Positions 52,837 through 63,845 of a stretch of 64,000 nucleotides of DNA are shown one piece after another (positions within the stretch are counted from its first letter, which is position 1; the number at the start of each line of letters is the position of its first letter). The position numbers were made by a program, and so were the translations under genes. The DNA comes from Candidatus Bathyarchaeota archaeon (GTDB taxonomy: Archaea; Thermoproteota; Bathyarchaeia; Bathyarchaeales; Bathyarchaeaceae), in the NCBI GenBank assembly GCA_963697165.1, contig CAVOMX010000025.1, forward strand, positions 118,525 to 182,524, written 5' to 3'. Under the pieces are notes generated by a model. The model saw nothing but the letters and a program-made list of their open reading frames with translations. It was not told the DNA's origin and did no database searches.

Positions 52837-52879
52837 GTTTGGGTTTGGGTTTGGGGTTAAAATTTTACCCTTTAAAAAA
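52837..52879. repeat. Palindromic site, copy 4
   Basis: gtttgggtttgggtttggggtt aaaattt taccctttaaaaaa. Confidence 0.75.
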
Positions 52880-52950
52880 TGGGGAGTTGCGGGTGCTGCC
52901 TCCACTGGTCTTGGGTTCAAAATCTCTCCAGGCCCACTTTTCAATTCACC
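52874..52950 (+). repeat. tRNA-3'-like direct repeat, left flank of the USP/ATPase block
   Basis: tgggttcaaaatctctccaggcccacttttcaattcacc. Confidence 0.8.
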
Positions 52951-53013
52951 TAAATTGCAGTCAAAATATTAATGTTATCACATGAAATGCAAGTGTAAGA
53001 AAATGTGATGCCT

Positions 53014-53886
53014 TTATCTAACTATCAACACTGAAGATCTTGCATGCATGCTTATGTCATCGCTGACACTGCCAAGCAAAAATCTCTTCACGCTGCTTAC
53101 TCCTCTGCTGCCGACAACAATAAGATCAATATTTCCTTTTTGTGCCATTTTAATTATTGTTTCTGCTGGATTACCATACTTCAGAAACTTGCCAAAGGGC
53201 ACTCCTCGAATATTTTTTGCTGCATTTTCTAAGATACATTCTCCAATAGTTCCAATACAATCTAAGACTTGTGGTCCTCCAACCCGAATGAGCTTGTCAT
53301 CTTCGACATGTAGCAAAGCCAAGTCTACTCTAAATTTATTGGCTATTTGAACCGCATATTCAAGTGCCCTGTCTGCATATTTTGAGCCATCGACCGCAAC
53401 AAGAATTTTCTCAAGTAACGTTTTTTTCTTGACAATAAAAACAGTACATTCAGCATGCCTAGCAATTTTCTCTGTAACACTTCCTAGTGCATACCGCTCA
53501 GATTGATGCCCTGCACGATTTCCTATGATAACTAAATCGTATCCTTCATCTTTAACTAACTCGATTACACTTTCAGCAGGATCCTCGCAGGTAATTAGCC
53601 GAGAGTCTATTTGTATTCCATCCTCTCTGAACAGGTCCTCGGCTTTTCGAAGAATTTTTTTCCCCGACTTCAAATACTCCTCTTCAATTTTCTGTAAAAT
53701 TGCCGACGGTAATCGATACTGGGCTTTCAATTCAGGATGCATACATTCGTGTGTGGTAACATGGATTACAGTTACTTTTGATTTAAATTTAGACGCAATA
53801 AAAGAAGCGAACTTTTTAGCATGAAAACAAGAACGCGAATTATCTACAGGAACGAGAATATTCCGAAAAAAATGTTGATCACTCAT
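53014..53886 (-). CDS. Tandem universal stress protein
   Basis: Two USP domains; GSRG...LLGSVS. Confidence 0.92.
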   Translation of the reverse strand: MSDQHFFRNILVPVDNSRSCFHAKKFASFIASKFKSKVTVIHVTTHECMHPELKAQYRLPSAILQKIEEEYLKSGKKILRKAEDLFREDGIQIDSRLITCEDPAESVIELVKDEGYDLVIIGNRAGHQSERYALGSVTEKIARHAECTVFIVKKKTLLEKILVAVDGSKYADRALEYAVQIANKFRVDLALLHVEDDKLIRVGGPQVLDCIGTIGECILENAAKNIRGVPFGKFLKYGNPAETIIKMAQKGNIDLIVVGSRGVSSVKRFLLGSVSDDISMHARSSVLIVR

Positions 53887-54169
53887 ATTTATATATACAT
53901 TATATACTTGGATATTTTAAGTTTATCTGATTATCAACATAAACCAGTTGTTTTTCCCAAAACTTTTAGGCAATCTCAATAGTTACACAGATTTTTTTGT
54001 GAATATCATATGGGCGATTGACTATTTTAGAGGTCAACGAAAACAACAACCAGAGTTAGTTAAGCTCTTCTTGAGGTGCCCAAAAGATTATTCGCGATAA
54101 ACAGCAACAATTATCTCGTATTATATTCCAAATTATGGTCTAGCTTTTAAGTACAGACCGCAAATATTT

Positions 54170-54502
54170 ATGGTGTATCAGGGGAAAGCTTTGAAAGGAA
54201 TAGCCCTTCTAGCTGACAGGCATACTGTAACCTGCTTTAAGCTAGCGGGGTTAAGTAACATATTTTCGGTGGAAGACGCCAAAGAGGCAGAAAAACATCT
54301 TCTTTCGCTTCTGGAAAGAAACGATCTAAGGATTATACTTGTTTCTGAGCATCTAATGAACCAAATTCAAATCTTCGAGAAGATTGCAGACCAAAGTCCT
54401 TTGATTATTCCGATACCTGACCTACAAGGTCCAACGGTGCTCAAAACCGATCTTATAGCGGAACTTATCAAACGCAAAACAGGAATTGAGGTGAAGTTTT
54501 GA
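54170..54502 (+). CDS. atpF: A/V-type ATP synthase subunit F
   Basis: IA..AD..TV..F.LAG, P.II.IPD. Confidence 0.88.
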   Translation: MVYQGKALKGIALLADRHTVTCFKLAGLSNIFSVEDAKEAEKHLLSLLERNDLRIILVSEHLMNQIQIFEKIADQSPLIIPIPDLQGPTVLKTDLIAELIKRKTGIEVKF

Positions 54503-56322
54503 GAAATAATCACCAAAAAATTGGAACCCAAAAGCAGGATAACACATCAAAAGGGACAATCCATCGTATAGCAGGTCCATTCATTATCGCCAAAAACATG
54601 TCAGGATCCCGCATGTATGAGTTAGTAAGAGTTGGGGACGCTGGGATAATTGGAGAAATAATCCGTCTTGAAGGCAAAAACGCGGCAATACAGGCATATG
54701 AGGAGACAACAGGAATAAGGATAGGCGAAAAAGTGGAGGGCACCGGAAAACCCTTGTCAGTTGAGCTGGGTCCGGGCTTGATTACGCAAGTATACGATGG
54801 AATTCAGCGTCCTCTGCCCGTTATCCAAGATTTAATTGGGTCACGTATCGAGAGAGGAATTATTCCCCCAGCATTGGATCGAAAAAAGAGATGGCACTTC
54901 ACTCCCACTTTAAGGAAGGACACTCGGATTGTGGGCGGCGACATAATTGGCACCGTGCAGGAAACGTCTTTGGTGGAGCACAGAATTCTTGTTCCACCCA
55001 CAGTCAACGGGATTGTAAAAAAAGTGGTTTCTGAAGGAGAATATACAGTGAGTGAGCCGATCGCAGAAGTCGAAACTGAAAGAAACATAGAGAGCATGTA
55101 TCTGATGCACTCCTGGCCTATACGACAGGCTCGACCTTCAAAAGCGACTTTATCCAGCGAGATTCCATTGTTAACTGGGCAACGAATAATCGACGCATTC
55201 TTCCCATTATCCAAGGGCGGAACAGCAGTTATCTCAGGCGGGTTTGGGACAGGAAAAACTGTTTTATCCCAAAGCCTAGCACGGTGTGCTGACGCAGACA
55301 TCCTAATTCTTGTCGGCTGTGGCGAGCGTGGTAACGAAATGGCTGATACCATAGAAAGGTTTCCTCAATTGGAAGATTTTCGTTCTGGTCAACCTCTTAT
55401 AAACAAGACAATTCTCATAGCAAACACTTCGGATATGCCAATAGCAGGCAGAGAGGCAAGCGTCTACTCGGCGCTTACGCTCGCTGAGTATTACCGAGAC
55501 ATGGGCTATGATGTTGCAGTGATGGCTGACTCTACATCAAGATGGGCTGAAGCGCTTCGTGAAATTTCTGGCAGATTAGAGGAGATGCCTGGAGAGGAAG
55601 GATACCCTGCTTATTTGGCTTCAAGATTGGCTGATTTTTATGCTAGAGCAGGTCGTGTCCAGACAATAGGAAACACGGAAAGATACGGGTCTGTCACAGT
55701 TGTGGGCGCAGTTTCCCCGCCGGGCGGCGATTTTTCGGAGCCGGTAACAGAAAAAACTATCAGATTAACCAGAGTGTTTTGGGCGCTCGATTTCTCTTTG
55801 GCTCATCGTAGACACTTTCCGGCTATTAACTGGTTCATAAGCTACTCCGAGTACATGGAGTCTCTTCAGCAATGGTATGAAAGTGTGGGCTCTGACTGGA
55901 GAGAGTTACGAGAAAAAGCTATGACTTTGTTAAAGGAGGAAGAAAAACTCCGAGAAGTGGTTTCTCTAGTAGGAGCCGAAATATTAGGAGACAAACAGCG
56001 TGCCGTCTTTGAAGCCGTAAAAATGGTCAAAGAATATTTTCTTCTTCAAAGCGCATTTCATCCAGTTGATTTATACTGTCCCATGAAAAAGACCCATAAA
56101 ATGCTTGAACTGATTCTGAAATTCTATGAAAAAGCACAGCAAGCAGTGAATTCTGGAGTGCCTTTATCACGTGTGCTATCTCTGGGTGTTAAGGAAGAAC
56201 TGGCGAGAATGAAAATCATCAGAGCTGAAGCGTTCGAGAAACTTAGCGTAAAGATCAACGAAAAAATGGACCAAGAATTTGATCAGCTTGCCAAAGAAGA
56301 TGGGGGAGAGACATCTCCATGA
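54499..56322 (+). CDS. atpA: A/V-type ATP synthase subunit A
   Basis: [33 protein letters not shown]. Confidence 0.97.
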   Translation: MRNNHQKIGTQKQDNTSKGTIHRIAGPFIIAKNMSGSRMYELVRVGDAGIIGEIIRLEGKNAAIQAYEETTGIRIGEKVEGTGKPLSVELGPGLITQVYDGIQRPLPVIQDLIGSRIERGIIPPALDRKKRWHFTPTLRKDTRIVGGDIIGTVQETSLVEHRILVPPTVNGIVKKVVSEGEYTVSEPIAEVETERNIESMYLMHSWPIRQARPSKATLSSEIPLLTGQRIIDAFFPLSKGGTAVISGGFGTGKTVLSQSLARCADADILILVGCGERGNEMADTIERFPQLEDFRSGQPLINKTILIANTSDMPIAGREASVYSALTLAEYYRDMGYDVAVMADSTSRWAEALREISGRLEEMPGEEGYPAYLASRLADFYARAGRVQTIGNTERYGSVTVVGAVSPPGGDFSEPVTEKTIRLTRVFWALDFSLAHRRHFPAINWFISYSEYMESLQQWYESVGSDWRELREKAMTLLKEEEKLREVVSLVGAEILGDKQRAVFEAVKMVKEYFLLQSAFHPVDLYCPMKKTHKMLELILKFYEKAQQAVNSGVPLSRVLSLGVKEELARMKIIRAEAFEKLSVKINEKMDQEFDQLAKEDGGETSP

Positions 56323-57731
56323 AGATTTTAGAAAGAGCCAGCCGCACTTTTCGAACCATAAGTGAGATTTCAGGTCCGCTGGTCTTTGTAGAATCCGTAA
56401 CTGGAGTCGGTTATGGGGAACTTGTGGAAGTTACTTCCCCCGGCGGCGAAGTAAGAACTGGACAGGTCATTGATGTTAGCGAGGAAGTTACGGTTGTTCA
56501 AGTCTTTGAGGGTACTTCTGACCTTGACACTAAGACGACTATGGTCAGGTTTACAGGAGAAAGCATCAAGTTGTCCGTCTCGATGGACATGTTGGGGCGA
56601 GTTTTTTCTGGAGGAGGCAAGCCTGTAGATGGCGGTCCAGATATTGTTCCGGAAGCGTACTGGGATGTTCATGGTTATCCAATAAATCCGTATTCGAGGA
56701 TACATCCAACTGATTTTATTCAGACAGGAATTTCAGTAATTGATGGAATGAATTCGCTGGTTTTAGGGCAAAAACTTCCTCTATTCTCAGGCTCTGGTTT
56801 ACCACACAAGATCATCGCGTCGCAGATAGTTAAGCAGGCAAGAGTTAGAGGAAAAGAAGAGGAGTTCAACATAGTTTTCGCGGCTATGGGCATAACTTCT
56901 GAGGAAGCACGATTCTTCAAAGAAGACTTCATGAAGATGGGTGTGCTCGGCAGGGTAGTGATGTTCGTTAATTTAGCCGAAGACCCAGTTATAGAGAGAA
57001 TTTTGAGTCCCAGATTGGCGCTCACCACCGCCGAATATTTGGCATTCGAAAAAGACATGAATATTCTCTCAATTCTGATCGACATGACCAATTACTGTGA
57101 GGCTTTACGTGAAATCTCTGCTGCACGTATGGAGATACCTGGCAGGCGCGGCTACCCTGGATACATGTACACTGATCTGTCAAGCTTGTATGAGCGGGCT
57201 GGAAGAATCAAAGGGAAGAGGGGCTCCATAACATTGATTCCCATTTTGACCATGCCTGATGATGATATAACACATCCGATTCCAGACTTGACCGGCTACA
57301 TTACTGAGGGGCAGATAATCTTGGATAGAACAATGTATAAGACAGGTTTATACCCGCCCATTGATCCTCTGCCTTCGCTTTCTCGACTTATGGACAAAGG
57401 AATCGGCAAGGGAAAGACCCGGGAGGATCATAAGCAGTTGTCTGATCAGCTGTATTATGCATATGCTGAGGGAAAGGTTATACGAGAAACGGCTTTGGTT
57501 TCTGGAGAAGCAGCGTTGACTGATGTTGAAAAACTCTATTTGCGTTTTGCCGATCGGTTTGAGAAAGAATTCATAAGCCAAGGAACTGAAGAAAACAGAG
57601 ACATAGAAGCGACCCTTGATGTTGGCTGGGAACTATTATCGGAGCTTCCCGAATCCGAGTTTTCGAGGATTGACCCATCTATAATCGAGAAATATCATCC
57701 TAAACACCGGATTAAGGATGTGAACAGCTAG
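56319..57731 (+). CDS. atpB: A/V-type ATP synthase subunit B
   Basis: [35 protein letters not shown]. Confidence 0.97.
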   Translation: MKILERASRTFRTISEISGPLVFVESVTGVGYGELVEVTSPGGEVRTGQVIDVSEEVTVVQVFEGTSDLDTKTTMVRFTGESIKLSVSMDMLGRVFSGGGKPVDGGPDIVPEAYWDVHGYPINPYSRIHPTDFIQTGISVIDGMNSLVLGQKLPLFSGSGLPHKIIASQIVKQARVRGKEEEFNIVFAAMGITSEEARFFKEDFMKMGVLGRVVMFVNLAEDPVIERILSPRLALTTAEYLAFEKDMNILSILIDMTNYCEALREISAARMEIPGRRGYPGYMYTDLSSLYERAGRIKGKRGSITLIPILTMPDDDITHPIPDLTGYITEGQIILDRTMYKTGLYPPIDPLPSLSRLMDKGIGKGKTREDHKQLSDQLYYAYAEGKVIRETALVSGEAALTDVEKLYLRFADRFEKEFISQGTEENRDIEATLDVGWELLSELPESEFSRIDPSIIEKYHPKHRIKDVNS

Positions 57732-57733
57732 CT

Positions 57734-58408
57734 GTGTCAGTTGATCTTGCCAGTGTGCACCCCACACGTTTAGAACTCTTGAGACTTAAACATCGGAAGT
57801 CAATGGCTGAAGGAATCGTTGACATCCTAAAAAAAGAAGTTGACGCGTTGACTCTCACCCTTTTTGCGCTAGTAAAAAAACGTTCTCCTTTACGAGATAA
57901 AATGTATGCTGCACTAAGAGAAGCATATACTCTTTTTGTCGAAGCCGAGATGATCTCTGGTTCGAAAAGAATTGAGGAAGCTTCACTGGTTGCTCAACCG
58001 ATTGACTTCAAGATTTCCGAAGAAACAAAGAAAGAAGTTCTAGGACTACTGTTTCCTGTTTTTCAACTTGTTGAAGAAAATCGAATTTCTGGACCACGAT
58101 TTTATCCATTAGATACTCCAGCTAGTTTAGATGAATCTTCCTCAAAAATCAAGGATGCACTCCAGGACATAGTTAAGCTTGCGGAAATAGAGGAGTCTGT
58201 GAAAATATTGCTTGATGTTATTGCCGTAAAGAAGAGGCAGATGAATCGGCTTCAGTTTAAGATTTTGCCAGAACTAGATGCTACCCTCAGGTATATCGAA
58301 TTGATTCTTGAAGAGACTGAAAGACAGGATGCTATTAGAGTAAGAGTTCTGCAAAGGAAACGAAAAGAACGGGCACTTAAGCATGGTGAAAAGAGGACGG
58401 TCTGCTGA
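57734..58408 (+). CDS. atpD: A/V-type ATP synthase subunit D
   Basis: PTR.EL..LK, LAE.E, KR..N.L...I.P, L.E.ER. Confidence 0.9.
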   Translation: MSVDLASVHPTRLELLRLKHRKSMAEGIVDILKKEVDALTLTLFALVKKRSPLRDKMYAALREAYTLFVEAEMISGSKRIEEASLVAQPIDFKISEETKKEVLGLLFPVFQLVEENRISGPRFYPLDTPASLDESSSKIKDALQDIVKLAEIEESVKILLDVIAVKKRQMNRLQFKILPELDATLRYIELILEETERQDAIRVRVLQRKRKERALKHGEKRTVC

Positions 58409-59487
58409 TGTGCGCATGGAAATACAAAAAGGTAATGCCAAGGATTACGGTTAAGAAACTCAAGCTCATAGAACCAAAGAAAATAACTAACTTAGTTGGA
58501 ATGAGTCTCCATCATATCTCTTCGGAGCTAGAGAAAACGCCCTATAGACCAGAAATCTCTGAACTTAACACAAAAGAGCTCAGCTCCATTTCTCTGGAGC
58601 AGGCTCTTCTAAAGAACTTCATAAAAACCTGTGAAGAGCTAATAGAATTATCTCCTAAAGATGTTCGTCTGCTGCTCTCTGCCTTATTGATGAAGTTTGA
58701 AGCTAATTGCGTGAAAACATTGCTCAGGGCTAAAGAAGCTAATCTTTCTGTGGAAGAATCCATGGAATATATTATTCCTGCAGGAAGACTCAGCGAGGAC
58801 AGATGTAAAAAGACTTTGGAGAATTCTGAAAATATCGCTGATATAATTGATTCTCTCTCAGACATAGAATATGGACCCGTGCTGGAAAAAGCATTTGAGG
58901 TTTACCTGAAAGAGAAAATTTTCTATCTTCTTGAAATTGCCCTTGACAGACATGTTTACCATAAGATTTGGAGGGCTACCGGAAAGTTCTGGGGTTTGGA
59001 CAAGAAGATTGTAAGGACAACTATTGGATTAGAGATAGACTCTATTAACGTAAAAACTGTTCTACGATGCAAAGCAACTGGAATCAGCAAGAATCAGATA
59101 AAACATTACATTCTTCCAGTATCAGAAGTGTTCGGCGAAAAAGAGTTAGAAGAAGCCATGAGCTGTTTGGATATGCAGTCGACAATTGATTCTTTAGTTG
59201 AATCGGCTAAACTTGCTAGGGCAAGAGATCACAGGTATATCTTTACAGAACTTCAAGAGTCGCACGTAACCTCTCTAACAGCACTTGAGACGATTCTTGA
59301 CAGAGGGCTGATAAAAACTAATTTAAGAATAATAAAGAGGTACACGCCCTTCTTCAACATTGGATTACTTTTAGCTTTCTTGAACCTGAAATGGTTTGAA
59401 GTAAAAAATCTAAGAGCAATTATACGAGGATCTGAAGCCCGAATTGCCCCAGATAGAGTGAAGAAGTTGCTAATACTTCAAAGATGA
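58408..59487 (+). CDS. atpC: A/V-type ATP synthase subunit C
   Basis: EIDSIN.KT.LR, EVKNLRAI..G. Confidence 0.88.
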   Translation: MCAWKYKKVMPRITVKKLKLIEPKKITNLVGMSLHHISSELEKTPYRPEISELNTKELSSISLEQALLKNFIKTCEELIELSPKDVRLLLSALLMKFEANCVKTLLRAKEANLSVEESMEYIIPAGRLSEDRCKKTLENSENIADIIDSLSDIEYGPVLEKAFEVYLKEKIFYLLEIALDRHVYHKIWRATGKFWGLDKKIVRTTIGLEIDSINVKTVLRCKATGISKNQIKHYILPVSEVFGEKELEEAMSCLDMQSTIDSLVESAKLARARDHRYIFTELQESHVTSLTALETILDRGLIKTNLRIIKRYTPFFNIGLLLAFLNLKWFEVKNLRAIIRGSEARIAPDRVKKLLILQR

Positions 59488-59498
59488 GTTGAAAAGTG

Positions 59499-60017
59499 TT
59501 ATCGAAGGTCATTACGTTTTTCTTCAAGCCACTCCCTAAGCGCTAAACCTTTCTCTGTAACATCCAGCTCCCTTAAGTTAAAGAGAGAAGGAGGAAGATT
59601 TTTGTGCATAGACCTTCCGAGCTTCCTCTGGAAATTTCTGATTGGTCGACCTAAAATGGTCCGGAATTTCTTCATGAGCAATGAATAACGCATTTTCGAG
59701 CGGTTACGTTTGAATTTTCTGTGGAAAACGGCTTCTTTTTTGCTTTCACCATGTAAGCGTTTAAGCAAGTTATTTTTTCTCAATTTCGACTTAGTTACGG
59801 TTATTTCTCTTTTTATCTTGAATTCTGACCCTTTATTCTTCTCAGATTTCAATATGTTGGTCAGTCTTTCTATTTTTCTTTTTAATCTGATCGACTCTGC
59901 TATGTGGGGATAACTTTCAGAAAAACTTTGAAACTCAAAAGTTTCAACTACTGAATTCTCAAGCTCCATTTTCATGATTCTTTCGTAATGCCTATAATAC
60001 TTCAACTGATCTTTCAC
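59499..60017 (-). CDS. Highly basic hypothetical protein inside the ATPase cluster
   Basis: 172-aa Lys/Arg-rich ORF directly after atpK. Confidence 0.6.
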   Translation of the reverse strand: MKDQLKYYRHYERIMKMELENSVVETFEFQSFSESYPHIAESIRLKRKIERLTNILKSEKNKGSEFKIKREITVTKSKLRKNNLLKRLHGESKKEAVFHRKFKRNRSKMRYSLLMKKFRTILGRPIRNFQRKLGRSMHKNLPPSLFNLRELDVTEKGLALREWLEEKRNDLR

Positions 60018-60047
60018 GGGATTACTTCCAATAAGCAGACAATCATC

Positions 60048-60494
60048 CTATATCTGACCGATAATCATGAATGATATCAATAGCCCATAAATAGCGAGGG
60101 CCTCGGACAAGACAACCCCTATCACATTGGAAGAAAACGTTTCAGGTCTTTCAGCTGTCGCAGCTATCAACGACGATCCGCTGTAACTGATACCGACGCC
60201 AGCGGAAACTGTTGCAACAGAAATTATTATCCCTGAAATGAGAGCCTTGTTTGCAGCTTCCATAGTCGTGATATTGGGTAACTTTCCCAAGAGCATAAAA
60301 GCAATAAGCAATCCATAGATAGCCAGCGCTTCACCCAAAACCACTGTTATGATCAGCCTACTGAGCAGTTCTGGTTTTTCTGTTCCAACTCCCGCTAATG
60401 CAGTTCCGCAGATTATGATCGAGACAGCAGCCGATAGAATAGGTATCCCAATCGATATTGCTAAGCCAATGAGGCTTATGAGACTAGGATCCAA
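60048..60494 (-). CDS. atpK: A/V-type ATP synthase proteolipid K/c, double hairpin
   Basis: EKPE...GEALAIYG and ERPE...SEALAIYG. Confidence 0.92.
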   Translation of the reverse strand: MDPSLISLIGLAISIGIPILSAAVSIIICGTALAGVGTEKPELLSRLIITVVLGEALAIYGLLIAFMLLGKLPNITTMEAANKALISGIIISVATVSAGVGISYSGSSLIAATAERPETFSSNVIGVVLSEALAIYGLLISFMIIGQI

Positions 60495-60515
60495 TAATAA
60501 TCCCCCTCTTTTCTA

Positions 60516-62418
60516 TTAAGTAGATTCGAATGGCTTAAAAGGAATTCCCTCGCCAGAGTGGAATGTTGAAAACCATTCAACCCAGTGAAGCCGGAGAGTG
60601 TGCACAAAAACTACGAGCCCCTCGATAACTAGCACAAGAATAGTTCCTATAGCTATTATAGGAATGCTCTGCAACGTAAAAACGCCATGCTCCACCCCAC
60701 CCAACACCAAGAACAAGTAATTCATGGCACTGTGTACAAGACCTAACGCCATTAGTCGGCTGTAGGACATAGAATGGCTTAATGTTTCAGCAAACACCTC
60801 TACAGTAAAACCTACGCCAACCATAAAACCTTCGGCGACAGCTGCGAAAACAAAAATAAGCATTAGCGGCAAAATCACGAGCACTCCCAGCATAAGGATG
60901 CCTTCAGCAAACCACAAAGAAATGTTTGATATACCTCCCCAGTATGACCACATGAACAAACTGCCGAAAATTAGCCATATCCAACAGATTGGTATTGGGG
61001 CAAGCTTGTAGTGTTTGTGTCGAAGTTCATTTAGAAACCTCAAAACCAGACCCTGTACTTATGTGAATTGCGCCAACTAGTATAGCAAACTTCAGCATTT
61101 TCATCGGCTCTTGCGTAGGTTCGAATCCCCCTATCTGGAAAGGTCCAATTTGAGCTAAAGTTATAGGGTGAATGACGCCAGATGGACCAAAAAATTCGCC
61201 GAAAATAAATCCGAAGAAAATGGCTGAAAAACCGATATAGATCAGCATTTCGCCGCTAATTAACAGGTATTGAATTATGTCACCTCCTTCAGTAAATTTT
61301 CCTTTTCTTCGAAGCATGGTGAATATTATTCCAGCAATTACGAAAATAGCGCCTTGTCCAACATCAGCAAACATTATTCCGAAAAGTAGTGGAAATGTTA
61401 TTGCGAAAATTCTAAGAGGATCAATGTCCCCGCTGCCTGGGCGTCCATATGCGCATTCTAGCTTTCCAAAAGCTTGCAGATAGCTCGGGCATTCCTTAAT
61501 CATTATTGGTACATTTTTTTCGTCAAGATCAGGAACCTCGTCTGATATCATGCAATTTCCATCAGACGCACTCTTTATACGTTCCATCGCTTCTTTTTCG
61601 AGACTTTCTGGCACCCAAGCCTCGAAAAAAACAGTTTTGGAGCTTCTAACGAACTTTTCTTTTTCTTCTGTTATTCGCTTCTCTTCTTTTGCCATAGCCC
61701 GCAGAGTTAAGAGGTCTTTGCGAATCTCTTCGAAATCGATTCCTGTCTCGATTGTGCCTGTTATGGCTTCAACGGTTTTTTTTAGAGTAACAAGTCTTTT
61801 CCCGAAATACCTCTCGCTGTCTATGACAAATTTTGAGAGCTCTGCGAACTTTCTACCAATTTCATCAAGGTCATCAAAGTGTTTAGCGGCTATTCTTTCA
61901 ACCAACACATGGTGATTTGCCAAACCAGTTGTCTCGATTGTTTTGTCAATCTCTATCAATTCGAATTCGATGTGTTCTATCTCCAGTTCTTCGGACTGCG
62001 TCAGTGAAGTCTCTCTATCAAATTGTTCTGGTTTAATTCCAAGGTCATCAATGATTTGGTCAATTCTCGAAGCCAATGCGTAGATTTTAGACTCTTCGAC
62101 GGGTAACTCTGCTAGTTTCTGTTCTATAGTTGCTAGAACTTTTTGCGTTGGCTCCTTCGTGATAGGTATCTCTGGAATTGGAAAATCGTCAGGTTTGATG
62201 TGCAGAGTTTCACATGCGGCCTCGATTCTCGAAAGAAGGTCCGAACATTTTGCTATGGTTTCGGTGGAACCTTTATAGGGAAATAAACCCTCTTTCCAGT
62301 CTTCAGGTTTTTGTTGCATATCAATGAACTGGACTATGCCTGCATGCCCAAGGGATCTGACAACAGCGTCAATATTATCTTCATAAACAAGTACCTTGAG
62401 CTTTTGCATCCCTATCAT
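60516..62418 (-). CDS. atpI: A/V-type ATP synthase subunit I/a; frameshift near 61050
   Basis: DP...FP..FG.MFADVGQG; SYSRLMAL; LRLHWVEWF. Confidence 0.9.
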
Positions 62419-62561
62419 GTCATCATCTTCGTTTGGAATCTCCTTTTGATGATGTACTTCAATACGTATGACGCTAATAGCAGATAATCTTTTGTATCTC
62501 TAAACAAGAGAAAAACTCTTAAAGATTTTCATTCAAAACTAATTCAGTTTTGGTGTAAACC

Positions 62562-62882
62562 TTGCTTGAATCCTTTAAGGCAGTTTTGGAGAAGGAGAGA
62601 GAAGCTGAAAAAATTATACAGGAAGCAAAAGAACAAGCAGAAAAAATAAGAAAGAACGCTCAAGAAAAGGCAGAAGCAGTTTACAGGGAAACTTACCAAA
62701 ATACTATTGCTGAAGCTAGATGTAAATCAATTGAAATCAAGGAGCAGGCGAAGAAGGATTCTGAATCTGAAGCACAGATTTTCATCAAACGCGCAGAGAA
62801 ACTGAAAAAGAAAATTCTAGTGAATGCTGAGCAGAAATTCAGTGAAGCAGTGGATTTCATTCTAAACGAAATATTATCATAA
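62562..62882 (+). CDS. atpH: A/V-type ATP synthase subunit H/G (stalk)
   Basis: Charged coiled coil EREAEKII.EA...A; precedes atpE. Confidence 0.75.
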   Translation: MLESFKAVLEKEREAEKIIQEAKEQAEKIRKNAQEKAEAVYRETYQNTIAEARCKSIEIKEQAKKDSESEAQIFIKRAEKLKKKILVNAEQKFSEAVDFILNEILS

Positions 62883-62894
62883 TCTGGTGAAAAT

Positions 62895-63530
62895 ATGGAA
62901 TCCTCAGAAAATAGAATTATTGATCGAATACTAAAAGATGCAAGAGAGGAGGCAGAAACTATTGTAAAAGATGCTCAAAAGTCTGCTGAAATGATTATTG
63001 AAAAACAAAGAAAAACAGCTCGTCACAACGCAGAGAAAGAGGTGTACCCACTGTTGAAAAGAGCCGAAAATGAGGCAGACATCATTAGAGGAAAGGTATC
63101 CACTGATATCAAGAGACGAGCGGGCTGGATAGTCTTATCTGAAAAAGACCGTTTGATCACAAGCGTTCTAACGGAAGCGAAAAAAAAGCTTGTGAATATG
63201 CAAAACTCTGAGGAATATTTTCCAATCCTCGAGAAGTTGATAGTTGACGCTGCCGCAGTTTTAGATGGTGGGATCTTAGAAGTTTTGTTGAACGAAAAAG
63301 ATTTAGCATTGCCCCTTAAACTTGATAAACTGGAAAAAGAAATCTCTGCTAGAATCGGTGTAAAGACACAGCTTAGATTCTCTGATCAGCACATCACGGC
63401 TGTTGGGGTCATAGTCAAAACAGTTGATGACAGAATCTTTGTTAATAACACATTTGAAGTCATACTTAGCCGACGCGAAAGAGAACTAAGATTAAAAATA
63501 GCGCAAATTCTGTTCAACAATGTGAACTAA
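62895..63530 (+). CDS. atpE: A/V-type ATP synthase subunit E
   Basis: II..I..DA..EA..I, GV.V...D.RI.VNNTFE, IA..LF. Confidence 0.88.
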   Translation: MESSENRIIDRILKDAREEAETIVKDAQKSAEMIIEKQRKTARHNAEKEVYPLLKRAENEADIIRGKVSTDIKRRAGWIVLSEKDRLITSVLTEAKKKLVNMQNSEEYFPILEKLIVDAAAVLDGGILEVLLNEKDLALPLKLDKLEKEISARIGVKTQLRFSDQHITAVGVIVKTVDDRIFVNNTFEVILSRRERELRLKIAQILFNNVN

Positions 63531-63650
63531 GGGGACAATTCACTTATTTTACATCTCCATTGTAGGTTTCGGACAAATCTCCATATCATAACCATCATGT
63601 ACTTCACTCCCTCTTACATATAGAAAAAGAGCTCGAAGCTATTTACTTAC

Positions 63651-63749
63651 AAAAAAGGGGAGTTTACGGGATTTTTTCGGGAGACATCTCCAGTGTTGGG
63701 TGGGTTCAAATCTCTCCAGGCTCACTTTTCAATTCACCAGGCCCACTTT
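63651..63749 (+). repeat. tRNA-3'-like direct repeat, right flank of the USP/ATPase block
   Basis: tgggttcaaatctctccaggctcacttttcaattcacc followed by a duplicated aggcccacttt. Confidence 0.8.
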
Positions 63750-63845
63750 AATTAATTTTTTAGCTATTTTCCGAGCAACCAACAGACAGCACACAGGCAA
63801 AACAGAGAAAAGAAAAGGGGAGTTTTTGGAAACTGCAGTGGACCT

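Noticed and set aside
45336..52879. Telomeric repeats or canonical integron attC sites
   Set aside because: Only 2-3 GGGTTT units per site; GTT precedes AAC with a 7-bp spacer and there is no long attC hairpin; the integrase is not recognisably IntI
52901..52950. Functional tRNA at the gggttcaaa repeats
   Set aside because: No D arm, anticodon arm or pairing acceptor stem
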